Below are positions 40,924 through 50,381 of a stretch of DNA of 64,000 bases, one piece after another. The notes beneath the pieces are model-generated. The model searched no databases. It had not been told where the DNA came from and saw only the letters and a program-made list of their open reading frames with translations. The translations under genes were made by a program, and so were the position numbers. Every line of letters starts with the position of its first letter. Position 1 is the first letter of the stretch. Source of the stretch: Candidatus Latescibacterota bacterium. Its GTDB lineage: Bacteria; Latescibacterota; UBA2968; UBA8231. The stretch covers positions 4,512,001 through 4,576,000 of the forward strand of contig CBDETY010000003.1 of NCBI GenBank assembly GCA_965243025.1, read 5' to 3'.

Positions 40924-43296
40924 ATGCGCAACTCGAACCTGTTCCCCGCCCTTCCGGCGCTGGCCGCCCTCCTGCTCGCCGCCGCGGCCGCCGGCGCCGC
41001 GCCGCAGACAGTGAGCGGCACGGTCGTCGACGCCGAGACCGGCGAGCCCCTGTCGGGGGCAAACCTCACCACCAGAAGTCTCGCGGTCATCACGGACGAG
41101 AAGGGCCGCTTCCAGCTGCCGCTGGCGGCGGGCGACTCGGCCGCGGTCAGCCACGTCGGGTACGAGCCGGCGGTCATCCGGACGGGGCCGGGAGCCCCGG
41201 GGCCGCTGACGGTGCGGCTGCGTCCGGTGGTCCTGCGGGTACCTGAAACAGTCGTCACCGGCGGGCTCACCGATCAGGCGCTCGGGGAAGTTTCCTCCGC
41301 GGTTACGGTGTTCGACCGGGGGCGCATCGACGCCGCCGGGAGCGCCCACCTGCACGAGCTGATCCCCGCGGTCCCCAACCTCAACTGGGCCGGCGGAACC
41401 TCGCGGCCGCGCTACTTCCAGATCCGCGGCATGGGGGAGCGCAGCCACTACGCCGGCGAAGGGCCGCCGAGCTTCTCGGTCGGCTTCGTGATGGACGACG
41501 TCGACCTCAGCGGCCTCGGCATGGCCGGGATGCTGCACGACCTCGACCAGGCCGAGGTCTTCAAGGGTCCCCAGTCGACGATCTTCGGGCCCAACGCCAT
41601 GGCCGGGCTGATCAACCTGAAGTCCGCCGATCCCGCCGGGTCCGTGAGCCTGGGGGGGACCGTCGCGGCCGGCAGCGACGGCCTGCTGCGCATCTCACCC
41701 ACCCTCAACGTCCCGGCCGGCGAGCAGCTGGCCCTGCGGGTCGGGGGCAGCTGGGGAAGGTCGAACGGCTTCCGGGAGAACCGGCACCTCGGAGTCGACG
41801 ACTCCAACGGCCGCAACGAGACCCTGGCGCGGGCGAAGCTGCGCTTCGGGAACGGCGCCGGGGCCAGGCTCGTCGCCACGTTTTTCCGCGCCGACCTCGA
41901 CAACGGCTACGACGCCTGGGTGCCGGACAACAACGAGGACCTCGCCACCTACTCCGACAACCCGGGCGTCGACAGCCAGACGACCCACGCCGCTTCCCTG
42001 CGGGGCAGCCTGCCGCTGGCGGCGTCCGGCGCGGAACTGGTCTCGATCACCTCCTGGGGGCGCACCGAGCTCGAGCACAGCTACGACGGCGACTGGGGCA
42101 ACGACGAGTTCTGGAAGCAGGAGCCGTACGGCTTCGACCCGGAAGAACAGGGATGGAGCTACGACTTCTTCGACCGCAACCTCCGGGACCGCACCACCTT
42201 CACGCAGGAGGTCAGGCTGCTGAAGGAGGACCGCGGCGGCAGCGGCGACCTCGTCGCCGGCGCCTACCTGAAATCGCTGCGGGAAAACGACGACGCGGGG
42301 GGGTACCTGTTCGGCGGCGACGCCACCGACCTGCAAAGCCGTTTCGACATCGCCGACCTCGCCTTCTACGGCCAGTACGGCCGCGAGCTCTCCCCGCGCT
42401 GGCGGCTGACGCTCAATGCCCGCGTCGACCGCAACGCCACCTCCTACGAGGGGACCACCAACTCCGGGGCCGAGCAGGTGGAGTTCGAGGTCACCCAGTG
42501 GCTGCCCGGAGGCAAGCTGGCGCTGACCCACGCCCTGGCCCCGGACCGGAACCTCTACGCCGCGGTTTCCCGGGGGTTCCGCGCCGGCGGCGTCAACCAG
42601 CACCCGCGCCTGGCCCCGGCGAGCCGCCCCTTCGATCCGGAGTACGTGATCAACTGGGAGCTGGGGTACCGGGCCTCGGGGGCGCGCGCGACCACGGCCC
42701 TGACCTTCTTCCACGCCCTGCGCTCCGACCAGCAGGTCGAGCTGTCGAGCCAGCAGGACCCCGGGGATCCCAACAGCTTCTTCTACTTCACCGCCAACGC
42801 CGTATCCGGGCGCAACAGCGGCCTCGAGCTGGAGCACAGCCTGCGGGTGACGCCGTGGCTGCGGCTGAGCGGCTCCCTCGGCCTGCTCGACACCCAGGTC
42901 GACGAGTACACCTTCGAAGAGGGGCAAGCGGACACGCTCAGGCTGGGCGACCGGGCGGCGGCCCATGCCCCGGCGCGGACCTGGCGCATCGGCGGCGACT
43001 ACCGCCACCGCTCCGGCCTGACCGGGCGGCTCGAGCTGTCGGGGATGAGCGAGTTCTTCTTTTCCGACAGCCACGACCAGAAGTCGGAGCCCTACCAGCT
43101 CCTCAGCGGCAGCCTCGAGTACGCCTCCGGTTCCTGGAGCCTGCTCCTGTGGGGGCGCAACGTCCTCGACCGGCGCTACGCGGTGCGCGGCTTTTTCTTC
43201 GGCCTGGAGCCGCCCGCCTACGAAGACACCCTCTACCTCAGCTACGGCGACCCGATGCAGTTCGGCGTCACCCTGAAGACGAGTGTCATCGAGTAA
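40924..43296 (+). CDS. TonB-dependent receptor, putative thiamine/precursor importer
   Basis: SGTVVDAETGEPL, FQIRG, EVFKGPQSTIFG, WGRNVLD; directly under the TPP riboswitch. Confidence 0.88.
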   Translation: MRNSNLFPALPALAALLLAAAAAGAAPQTVSGTVVDAETGEPLSGANLTTRSLAVITDEKGRFQLPLAAGDSAAVSHVGYEPAVIRTGPGAPGPLTVRLRPVVLRVPETVVTGGLTDQALGEVSSAVTVFDRGRIDAAGSAHLHELIPAVPNLNWAGGTSRPRYFQIRGMGERSHYAGEGPPSFSVGFVMDDVDLSGLGMAGMLHDLDQAEVFKGPQSTIFGPNAMAGLINLKSADPAGSVSLGGTVAAGSDGLLRISPTLNVPAGEQLALRVGGSWGRSNGFRENRHLGVDDSNGRNETLARAKLRFGNGAGARLVATFFRADLDNGYDAWVPDNNEDLATYSDNPGVDSQTTHAASLRGSLPLAASGAELVSITSWGRTELEHSYDGDWGNDEFWKQEPYGFDPEEQGWSYDFFDRNLRDRTTFTQEVRLLKEDRGGSGDLVAGAYLKSLRENDDAGGYLFGGDATDLQSRFDIADLAFYGQYGRELSPRWRLTLNARVDRNATSYEGTTNSGAEQVEFEVTQWLPGGKLALTHALAPDRNLYAAVSRGFRAGGVNQHPRLAPASRPFDPEYVINWELGYRASGARATTALTFFHALRSDQQVELSSQQDPGDPNSFFYFTANAVSGRNSGLELEHSLRVTPWLRLSGSLGLLDTQVDEYTFEEGQADTLRLGDRAAAHAPARTWRIGGDYRHRSGLTGRLELSGMSEFFFSDSHDQKSEPYQLLSGSLEYASGSWSLLLWGRNVLDRRYAVRGFFFGLEPPAYEDTLYLSYGDPMQFGVTLKTSVIE

Positions 43297-43363
43297 GTTG
43301 AAAGGGATCCTGCCGACGGGAAGGCGCCGCCGGGCCGCAGGCCTCCCGGCGGCCATGGGGACC

Positions 43364-43571
43364 CCTCCCGACGGGAGAATTTCCCGGGGTTCGGGATGGG
43401 AAGGCCGGCTGTCCGCGGCAGCGGCGGGCGGGGACCGGCGCGCGACCGCCGGCCGGTCAGCCGCGGGGATGGGCAACCCGGCAGGAGCCCTGGGGACAGG
43501 CAGGGGAAGGCCTCCCGCCGGAAGGAATTCCCGGGGCCCGGGACGGCAAGGCCGCAGGTCGGCGGCGGCGG
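43364..43571. repeat. Degenerate intergenic direct repeat, 147-bp period
   Basis: 43364-43424 vs 43511-43571: 48/61 identical by manual alignment. Confidence 0.6.
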
Positions 43572-43688
43572 GGAATCGGGGAGGATCGCCGAAAGGTCAG
43601 CCGGACGGGAAAGGCTGCCAGTCCGGGGCCGGGGCCGCAGGGATACCGGTGCGGATCCCCGGCCGGTCAGCTTCCAGGAGCTGCCGCC

Positions 43689-44360
43689 ATGAATGAACCC
43701 AAGCACGCCGTCATCGTCGGAGGGGGGGAGCCCCCTTCCGCGGCGCTGCTGTCGTCGGAGACGGACCGGGAGCCGCAGCCGCTGCTGCTGTGCGCCGACA
43801 GCGGCGCCGACGCCGTCCTCGAAGCCGGCCTCGAGCCGGACTTCCTGGTCGGGGACCTCGACTCGGTGAGCCCGGCGGCGCGCGCCGCCCTCCTCCCCGA
43901 GCGGGTGATCGCCGTGGCGGAGCAGGAGACCACGGACCTGCAGAAGGTGCTCGAGCATGCCGCGGCCCTGGGGGTGAAGTCGGCGGTCCTGCTCGGGTTC
44001 ACCGGCGGCCGCACCGACCACACGCTCTGGAACCTCAGCCTGCTGAGGCGCTACGCCGACAGGATGGACCTGCGTTTCGCCGACGATCACTGCGAGCTGC
44101 GCAGGGTCGGATCCCGCATCCGTTTCCGGGCGCGCGCGGGCCAGAAGATTTCGCTGTGCCCGCTCGACGGCCCGGCCAATCGGGTAACGACGTCCGGGCT
44201 GAAGTGGCAGCTGCAGGGGGAGGACCTGGTTCCCGGGGAACGCGGGGGCATCTCGAACGAGGTGGCCGCCGGCCCGGTCGAGATCGCGGTCGGCTCGGGG
44301 GAGCTGCTGCTCTGCGTGCACAGGGACAGCGGCCCGGGAAGGATCGAGCTGCTGGACTGA
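43689..44360 (+). CDS. thiN: Thiamine diphosphokinase
   Basis: CADSGA, VGDLDS, ETTDL, GGRTDH, GLKWQL, GISNE; AGGAG RBS. Confidence 0.93.
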   Translation: MNEPKHAVIVGGGEPPSAALLSSETDREPQPLLLCADSGADAVLEAGLEPDFLVGDLDSVSPAARAALLPERVIAVAEQETTDLQKVLEHAAALGVKSAVLLGFTGGRTDHTLWNLSLLRRYADRMDLRFADDHCELRRVGSRIRFRARAGQKISLCPLDGPANRVTTSGLKWQLQGEDLVPGERGGISNEVAAGPVEIAVGSGELLLCVHRDSGPGRIELLD

Positions 44361-44506
44361 GAAGCGGGTGAGGCGCAGGCGCGGCCGAGGGGTCGGGATG
44401 CCCGGAGAAGGCCGCCGGGGCACGGGGCGGCCAGACCAGAGGCCCGGAAGGCCGCCGGAATCCGGGGCGCCCCCTTTTCAGAAGCCGCCCCGGTTCGTTG
44501 TAAAGC

Positions 44507-45292
44507 TCAGCTTCCGATGACTTTGCGGAAGTCGTCGCCGTTCTTCTTCCACCAGTCGTGGAGGATGGCGATGTCGGTGCCGATGCAGAAGTGCTTGACG
44601 CCCATGTCGAGGTAATACTTCGCGTCGTCGATGCTGTTGACCTCGGCGCGCGGAGGCACGCCCATGTTCAGCGCCGTCTCGAACACCCTCTTCTCGACCG
44701 CCATGATCTCGGGGGAGCCCCGCTCCCCCGCCTTGCCGACGCTCATCGAGTAGTCCCCGCCGCCCCACTGGATCATGTCGACCCCCTCCACGGAGAGCGC
44801 CTCCTCGACGTTGGCGGCGGTGCCGGCCTTCTCGATCATGACGACGACGACGATCTGGCGCAGGGCCTCGACGTACTCCGGGCCGCCGCCGTATCCCATG
44901 TAGGAGAAGCGCCGCGTGGCGACGCCGTAGCTTCCCCCGTCCTCGGGGGTGTCGGGGCGCGAGATCTTCACGCACTCCCTGATGTCGTCGGTGTTCTGGC
45001 AGTCGGCGAAAAGCACCGACCCGAACCCGGAGCCGATGGCGCGCTGGGCGATGAACCCGCGCGGCTCCTGGTCGACCTTGACCATGCTGTCGAGGCCGTG
45101 GAGCTCGGCGGCGCGGGCGAGGTCGTCGAAGGCGTAGAGGTCGAAGGGGCCGTACTCGGCGACGAACTCGACGTAGTCGTAGTGGCCGGCGTGACCGACC
45201 GCCTCGACGACCGACGGCCAGGTCGAGTGGATGTGGGTGCCGAGGGAAGGTTTGTCCTCGTTGAGCAGCTGGCGAAGCTTGTTCGGTCTGAT
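44507..45292 (-). CDS. HpcH/HpaI aldolase family protein (probable ATC start)
   Basis: RPNKLRQLL...LGT, VMIEK, GVDMIQWGGGDYS, GTD; GAGGAG-8 nt-ATC. Confidence 0.8.
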   Translation of the reverse strand: MRPNKLRQLLNEDKPSLGTHIHSTWPSVVEAVGHAGHYDYVEFVAEYGPFDLYAFDDLARAAELHGLDSMVKVDQEPRGFIAQRAIGSGFGSVLFADCQNTDDIRECVKISRPDTPEDGGSYGVATRRFSYMGYGGGPEYVEALRQIVVVVMIEKAGTAANVEEALSVEGVDMIQWGGGDYSMSVGKAGERGSPEIMAVEKRVFETALNMGVPPRAEVNSIDDAKYYLDMGVKHFCIGTDIAILHDWWKKNGDDFRKVIGS

Positions 45293-45327
45293 GGGTCGCT
45301 CTCCTCGATACGTCCGCTTGCGGCGGA

Positions 45328-45651
45328 TCAGACGGTGGCCTTGTGAATCCTGTGCTTGAGCCGGTGAATCTTCCTGCGCACTTCCTTGAGCTTCTTCCTG
45401 TCCTTTGCCTCCAGGGCCGCGTCCCGCTCGACCTTCAGCGCCCTGATCTGCCGCTTGATGGCGGTCTTGTCGATGCCGACGACCTCGTGATGGACGTGGG
45501 CCTCGATTCCGAGGACCTCGCACAGGGCCTTCAGCAACGGTTCCTTGTGCATGGTGTTGTGGCCGTCCAGGCGCTCGTCCTCGATCTCGTCGGCGACCTT
45601 GCGCAGCTGCGCCACGGTCATGTCGTGCAGCTCTTCGTAGGTGTGTGCCAT
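45328..45651 (-). CDS. Small basic protein with Rho N-terminal-like helical domain
   Basis: EELHDMTVAQLRKVA...MHKEPLLKAL, Lys/Arg-rich C-terminal helices; AGGAG RBS. Confidence 0.6.
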   Translation of the reverse strand: MAHTYEELHDMTVAQLRKVADEIEDERLDGHNTMHKEPLLKALCEVLGIEAHVHHEVVGIDKTAIKRQIRALKVERDAALEAKDRKKLKEVRRKIHRLKHRIHKATV

Positions 45652-45677
45652 GGGTCGGTCTCCTGCGATGGGATGAT

Positions 45678-46757
45678 CTACAGCGGCATGAATTTCAGGC
45701 AGACCGGGGTCGGGGCATAGACCGGATCCCCGGTCGGCTCGAGCCTTCCCGACTCCTGGTCGATGCGGTAGGCGACGATGTTGTCGCCGTGGTGGTTGGC
45801 GGCCAGGACGAAGCGGTCGGTCGGGTCGATGGCGAAGTTGCGCGGCTGGGAGCCCTGGGTCGGCTCGGTTCCGAGGAACTCGAGGCGGCCGCTCTCCTGG
45901 TCGATGGCGAACATCGCCAGGCTGTCGTGGCCGCGGTTGGAGCCGTAGAGAAAGCGGCCCGAGGCGGTGACGTGGACGTCGGCGGTAAAGCTGGTGCCGG
46001 TGAAGTCCCCGGGCAGGGTCGACACCGTCTCGACCGCGTCGATGCGGCCGCTGCCGGCGTCGTAGTCGTAGACGGTGACCGTGTTCGACAGCTCGTTGAT
46101 CGCGTAGGCGAACCTGCCGTTGGGGTGGAAGTCGAAGTGCCGGGGACCGGACCCCGGAGGGACGGCGCCGTGGTGGCCGGCGGGTACAAGGCGGCCGGCT
46201 TCGAGGTCGAGGTCGTAGACGAGCACCTTGTCGATGCCGAGGTCGGAGACGTAGGCGTGGGTGTTGCCGGGGTCGTTGAATATCGAGTGCGCGTGCGGCT
46301 CCTGCTGCCGGTCCGGGTCGATGCTGGAACCGGTGTGCTGCACGAAGTCGCTGGCCGGGCCGAGGCCGCCGTCCTCCCGGATCGGCAGCATCGCCACGCT
46401 GCCGCCCCCGTAGTTGGCGGCGAGCACGTAGCGGCCGCTGGCCTCGACGACGAGGTGGCAGGGGCCGGGGCCGACGGTGGACTGGTGGTTGATCCGGGTC
46501 AGGGCGCCGGAGGCCGGGTCGATGTTATAAGCGAGAGCCCCGCCGCCGGGAGCGCCCTCGAACTCCCTTACCTCGGCGATCGCGTACAGGCAGCGGTACT
46601 CCGGGTCGAGCGCCAGGAAGGAGGGGTTGACGACCTCGGCGACTTCTCCGGTCGCCTCCACGGCGCCGCTCTCCTCGTCGAAGCGGTAGGTGTAGATCCC
46701 CCTGCTGTCGGTGTCGAGGGTGTAGGTGCCGACGAAAAGGAGCCAATCCCGGGCCAT
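45678..46757 (-). CDS. Lactonase, Pgl/YbhE family
   Basis: FVGTYT, NPSFL, ANYGGGS, PHAH, DLGID, GPRH, SNRGHDS, PRNF. Confidence 0.9.
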   Translation of the reverse strand: MARDWLLFVGTYTLDTDSRGIYTYRFDEESGAVEATGEVAEVVNPSFLALDPEYRCLYAIAEVREFEGAPGGGALAYNIDPASGALTRINHQSTVGPGPCHLVVEASGRYVLAANYGGGSVAMLPIREDGGLGPASDFVQHTGSSIDPDRQQEPHAHSIFNDPGNTHAYVSDLGIDKVLVYDLDLEAGRLVPAGHHGAVPPGSGPRHFDFHPNGRFAYAINELSNTVTVYDYDAGSGRIDAVETVSTLPGDFTGTSFTADVHVTASGRFLYGSNRGHDSLAMFAIDQESGRLEFLGTEPTQGSQPRNFAIDPTDRFVLAANHHGDNIVAYRIDQESGRLEPTGDPVYAPTPVCLKFMPL

Positions 46758-46955
46758 TCCGTTTTTCTCTCCTGGTTCTTCAGTTTGCGTGGTCGAGCTG
46801 CCCGCCCTGCTGCGGCCGGAACGGGCCGCCCGCGAGCCGCCGCCGCTTGCCGCTGCCGTCGGGGCATGCCGGAGGGGCCGGAGCCTGGCGGCGGGCAGAC
46901 AACAGTAACCGATTCGAAAGCCTCACACCACCTGCGGCACGGCGGCCGGAAGGGC

Positions 46956-47753
46956 TCACCCGCTGAGCCGGCGCAGGTGCTCGATGCTGCTGCGCGCCGC
47001 CTCCCGGTGGGTGGCGTTGCGGTAGATCTTGACCGAGGCGAAGCGGTCGTAGCCGATCTCGTCGAGGACCCGCAGGACCGATGCGAAGTCGATGTTGCCG
47101 CTTCCGAACGGCCCGCCGTTGCTCTCGCAGAGATGGACGTGCCGGAGGTCGGCGCCGCAGTCGCGGATCGGCTGCGTCAGCGAGGGGTCCTCGATGTTCA
47201 TGTGGATGGTGTCGACCATCGGGCCCAGGGCCGGCGAGGCGACCTGAGCGGCGAGGGCGCGGACCTCGGCGACGGAGTTGTTGAAGCCGACCTGCAGGTG
47301 GTTTATCGGCTCGATGACCAGCTCGACCCCCTTCTCTTCGGCCGCGGCGGCGACTTCCCGCAGGCAGCCGGCGATACGGGGCTGCGCCGCCCCGGGGTCG
47401 GGCTCGTCGCTGCGCAGCCCCTGGAGCAGACCGATCACCAGGATCGAGCCGCACTCGGCGGCGGCGTCGAGCAGCTCGACCAGGTAGGCGACCGCGGCGC
47501 CGCGGACGGCTGCTTCGGGGTGGCACAGGCAGAGCCCCTCCCCGTACCCCCTGCCGGTCAGGATCGACGGGATCTCGAGGCCCGATTCGGCCGCGTAGCC
47601 GCGGACCCGGCCGAGCGACGCCCCCAGCTCCCTGGAGTAGTTGAGCTCGACCCCCTCGTACCCGCAGGCGCGCACGAAATCGAAGAGCCGGGGCAGCTCC
47701 TCGCCGTCAAAGGCCGAGACCGGGTCGACGATCATGTAGCTGTAGCGGCTCAT
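46956..47753 (-). CDS. Sugar phosphate isomerase/epimerase (D-psicose 3-epimerase/IolO-like)
   Basis: GYEGVEL, IEPIN, DTIHMNIED, HVHLCESN, GSGNIDF. Confidence 0.85.
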   Translation of the reverse strand: MSRYSYMIVDPVSAFDGEELPRLFDFVRACGYEGVELNYSRELGASLGRVRGYAAESGLEIPSILTGRGYGEGLCLCHPEAAVRGAAVAYLVELLDAAAECGSILVIGLLQGLRSDEPDPGAAQPRIAGCLREVAAAAEEKGVELVIEPINHLQVGFNNSVAEVRALAAQVASPALGPMVDTIHMNIEDPSLTQPIRDCGADLRHVHLCESNGGPFGSGNIDFASVLRVLDEIGYDRFASVKIYRNATHREAARSSIEHLRRLSG

Positions 47754-48199
47754 CCTCTCTCTTCCCTTTCGCTTTCCTCCTGCAGCGCGGCCACTGCGGC
47801 CCGCAGGCGCGCGGCCACGGCCGCGGCGTGGTCGCCGTCGTCGTAGGGGCGGCGCGGCCAGAAGAAGCCGCGCAGGCCGTCCCCCCGGGTCCGGGGCACC
47901 ACGTGGACGTGAAGGTGGGGCACGCTCTGGCTGACCTTGTTGTTGATCGCCACGAAGCTGCCGCCGGCCCCGAGGCCGCGTTCCACGGCCCTGGCAAGCA
48001 GCCGGACCGCGGCGAACAGCGGGGCGAGGCGCGCCGCCGGCAGGTCGGGGAGCGTCTCGCAGTGCTGGCGCGGCGACACCAGCACGTGCCCGGGAAACAG
48101 GGGCCGGTGGTCGAGGAAGGCCACGGCGGCCTCGTCCTCGTAGACGATCTCGGCATCGAGACGGCCGCCGGCAATATCGCAGAACGCGCACCCGGCCAT
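47750..48199 (-). CDS. HIT family nucleotide hydrolase
   Basis: CAFC, PGHVLV, QSVPHLHVHVVPR. Confidence 0.9.
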   Translation of the reverse strand: MAGCAFCDIAGGRLDAEIVYEDEAAVAFLDHRPLFPGHVLVSPRQHCETLPDLPAARLAPLFAAVRLLARAVERGLGAGGSFVAINNKVSQSVPHLHVHVVPRTRGDGLRGFFWPRRPYDDGDHAAAVAARLRAAVAALQEESEREERG

Positions 48200-48333
48200 G
48201 GCGGCGACATCCTCCTTCCGGAATCCGCCGCGCGAGCGGCGGCGGCAGGGAAAAACGGCGTTCCCGTATATTTGGAAAACCGCACCGGGCGCTTCCTGTC
48301 GGCCCGGTCGAGAGTAAGGAAAGGAAGCTGCCG

Positions 48334-49434
48334 TTGGCGGACAAAACCCGCGTCGGAATCCTCTTCGGGGGGCGCTCGGCCGAGCACGAGGTCTCCGTGC
48401 GCTCGGCCCGGTCGGTTCTCGACGCACTGGACCGCGGCAAGTACGAGGTGACGATGATCGGCATCGACCGGGACGGGCGCTGGCTCGCCGCCGGAGACGC
48501 CGTCAAGGTGCTGCAGGAAGGCTCGGTGAACCAGTCCGGCCTGGCGCCCCTCGTCCTCGACCACCACGACGGCGGGGAGCTGATGACGCGCAGCGGCAGC
48601 GGCCTGGGAAGCGCGGGCGCGGTCGACGTCATCTTCCCGATTCTGCACGGCCCCTACGGCGAGGACGGCACCGTGCAGGGGCTGCTGGAGCTGGCTGGAA
48701 TCGCCTACGTCGGCTCCGGCGTCCTCGGCTCGGCGGTCGGCATGGACAAGGAGATGATGAAGCGGGCGTTCCGTGCCGAGGGACTTCCGCAAGGGGAGTA
48801 CATGTCGGTGCTGCGCAGCCGCTGGCGCTCGCAGCCGCTCGCCGTCCGGGAGGAGGTCGAGCGGGACCTGTCCTGGCCGGTGTTCGTCAAGCCGGCGAAC
48901 ATGGGATCGAGCGTCGGCATATCGAAGGTCCACGACGGCACCGGATTCGCGGCGGCGATGGAGGAGGCGGCCCGCTACGACCGCAAGATCGTCGTCGAGG
49001 CGGGGATCGAGAACTGCCGCGAGGTCGAGTGCTCGGTGCTCGGCTACGAGGACCCGGTGGTCTCGGCGATCGGCGAGATCGTGCCGGGGAACGAGTTCTA
49101 CGACTACGAGGCCAAGTACGTCGACGACACCTCCGAGCTGATCATCCCGGCCGACCTGAGACCGGAGACCGCCGAACGGGTGCGCGAGGTGGCCAGGCGG
49201 GCTTTCATCGCCATCGACGCCTCCGGCCTGGCGAGGGTCGACTTCTTCATCAGCGGCCCGGAGGAAACGGTGCTCCTCAACGAAATCAACACCATGCCCG
49301 GTTTCACCGAGATCAGCATGTACCCCAAGCTCTGGGAAGCCAGCGGCATCGGCTACCCCGAGCTGATCGACCGGCTGATCGAGCTGGCCCTGCAGCGCCA
49401 ACAGGACCGCAAGGACACTTCCACGCGGCGATGA
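48334..49434 (+). CDS. ddl: D-alanine--D-alanine ligase
   Basis: FGGRSAEHEVS, LHGPYGEDG, GSSVG, FYDYEAKY, NEINTMPG. Confidence 0.97.
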   Translation: MADKTRVGILFGGRSAEHEVSVRSARSVLDALDRGKYEVTMIGIDRDGRWLAAGDAVKVLQEGSVNQSGLAPLVLDHHDGGELMTRSGSGLGSAGAVDVIFPILHGPYGEDGTVQGLLELAGIAYVGSGVLGSAVGMDKEMMKRAFRAEGLPQGEYMSVLRSRWRSQPLAVREEVERDLSWPVFVKPANMGSSVGISKVHDGTGFAAAMEEAARYDRKIVVEAGIENCREVECSVLGYEDPVVSAIGEIVPGNEFYDYEAKYVDDTSELIIPADLRPETAERVREVARRAFIAIDASGLARVDFFISGPEETVLLNEINTMPGFTEISMYPKLWEASGIGYPELIDRLIELALQRQQDRKDTSTRR

Positions 49435-50192
49435 GGGGAGCCATCGAGAAGGGGCGGGTCAGCAACCTCGCCTCGTTCGCCCTGCTGGTCGCCGGGGTCA
49501 TCGCCAGCAGCCAGGCCGCCGCCGGCACCGCCTGGAGCGAGGTGGGACCCTGGATCCTGGCGGCGGGGCTTTTCGGGTTCGCCGGCGGCATCACCAACTG
49601 GCTGGCGGTCAAGATGCTCTTCGACAAGGTCCCCTTCCTGTGGGGGTCCGGGGTCATTCCCAACCGCTTCCGCGAGATACGCGCCGCCATCAAGGACCTG
49701 ATCATGGCGCACTTCTTCGACGAGGAGTACCTGCGCCGGTTCTTCAGCGAGCAGGGAGGCCTGGGAGGCGGCCCGGACCTGGCGGCGCGGTTCGCCGGGT
49801 TCGCCGAGTCGGAGGAAGGGCGGGAGGCGATCGACCGCGAAATCGACAAGCTCAAGGAAGGGCCGTTCGGCATGATGATCAGGATGGCGGGCAACGACAT
49901 CCTGCGCACCATCATCATCCAGTTCACCACCGGGCTGCTGGCCGAAATCGAGCCCCGGCTGCGGAAGATGATCGGCGGCGGCATCGACATCCCGGCGCTG
50001 CGCGCCAAGGTGGACGAGCTGCTGCGCACCAAGCTCGAGGAGCTCAGCCCGGAGACGGTGAAGAGGATGATGGAGGAGGTGATCCGCGAGCACCTGGGGT
50101 GGCTGATCGTCTGGGGCAACCTCTTCGGCGGGGCGATCGGACTGCTGTCGCGGGCCGCGGCCCTGAAGCTGGGCCTTCGCGGGATTCCCTGA
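49431..50192 (+). CDS. DUF445 family membrane protein
   Basis: GGITNWLAVKMLF, GVIP, HLGWLIVWGNLFGG; ATGA overlap with ddl. Confidence 0.8.
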   Translation: MRGAIEKGRVSNLASFALLVAGVIASSQAAAGTAWSEVGPWILAAGLFGFAGGITNWLAVKMLFDKVPFLWGSGVIPNRFREIRAAIKDLIMAHFFDEEYLRRFFSEQGGLGGGPDLAARFAGFAESEEGREAIDREIDKLKEGPFGMMIRMAGNDILRTIIIQFTTGLLAEIEPRLRKMIGGGIDIPALRAKVDELLRTKLEELSPETVKRMMEEVIREHLGWLIVWGNLFGGAIGLLSRAAALKLGLRGIP

Positions 50193-50381
50193 ACCGGGCA
50201 ACACCTTCCGCAGGGCCGGGGCGCCACCTTTCCCGGTCTCGCTAACTGCGAGCAGATCAAGGAGATACAGCAGTTCGGCATTGGCGGGGCGGCCCGCGTT
50301 CCCTACATTTTCCCTCTTTAGCCGGGCCGCCTGCGGCCAACCTGAACACCCGCTCAACAGCTTCACGGAGCCGATCGAAGA

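Noticed and set aside
43300-43688. CRISPR-like array
   Set aside because: Two degenerate long copies only; no identical repeats with unique spacers and no cas genes
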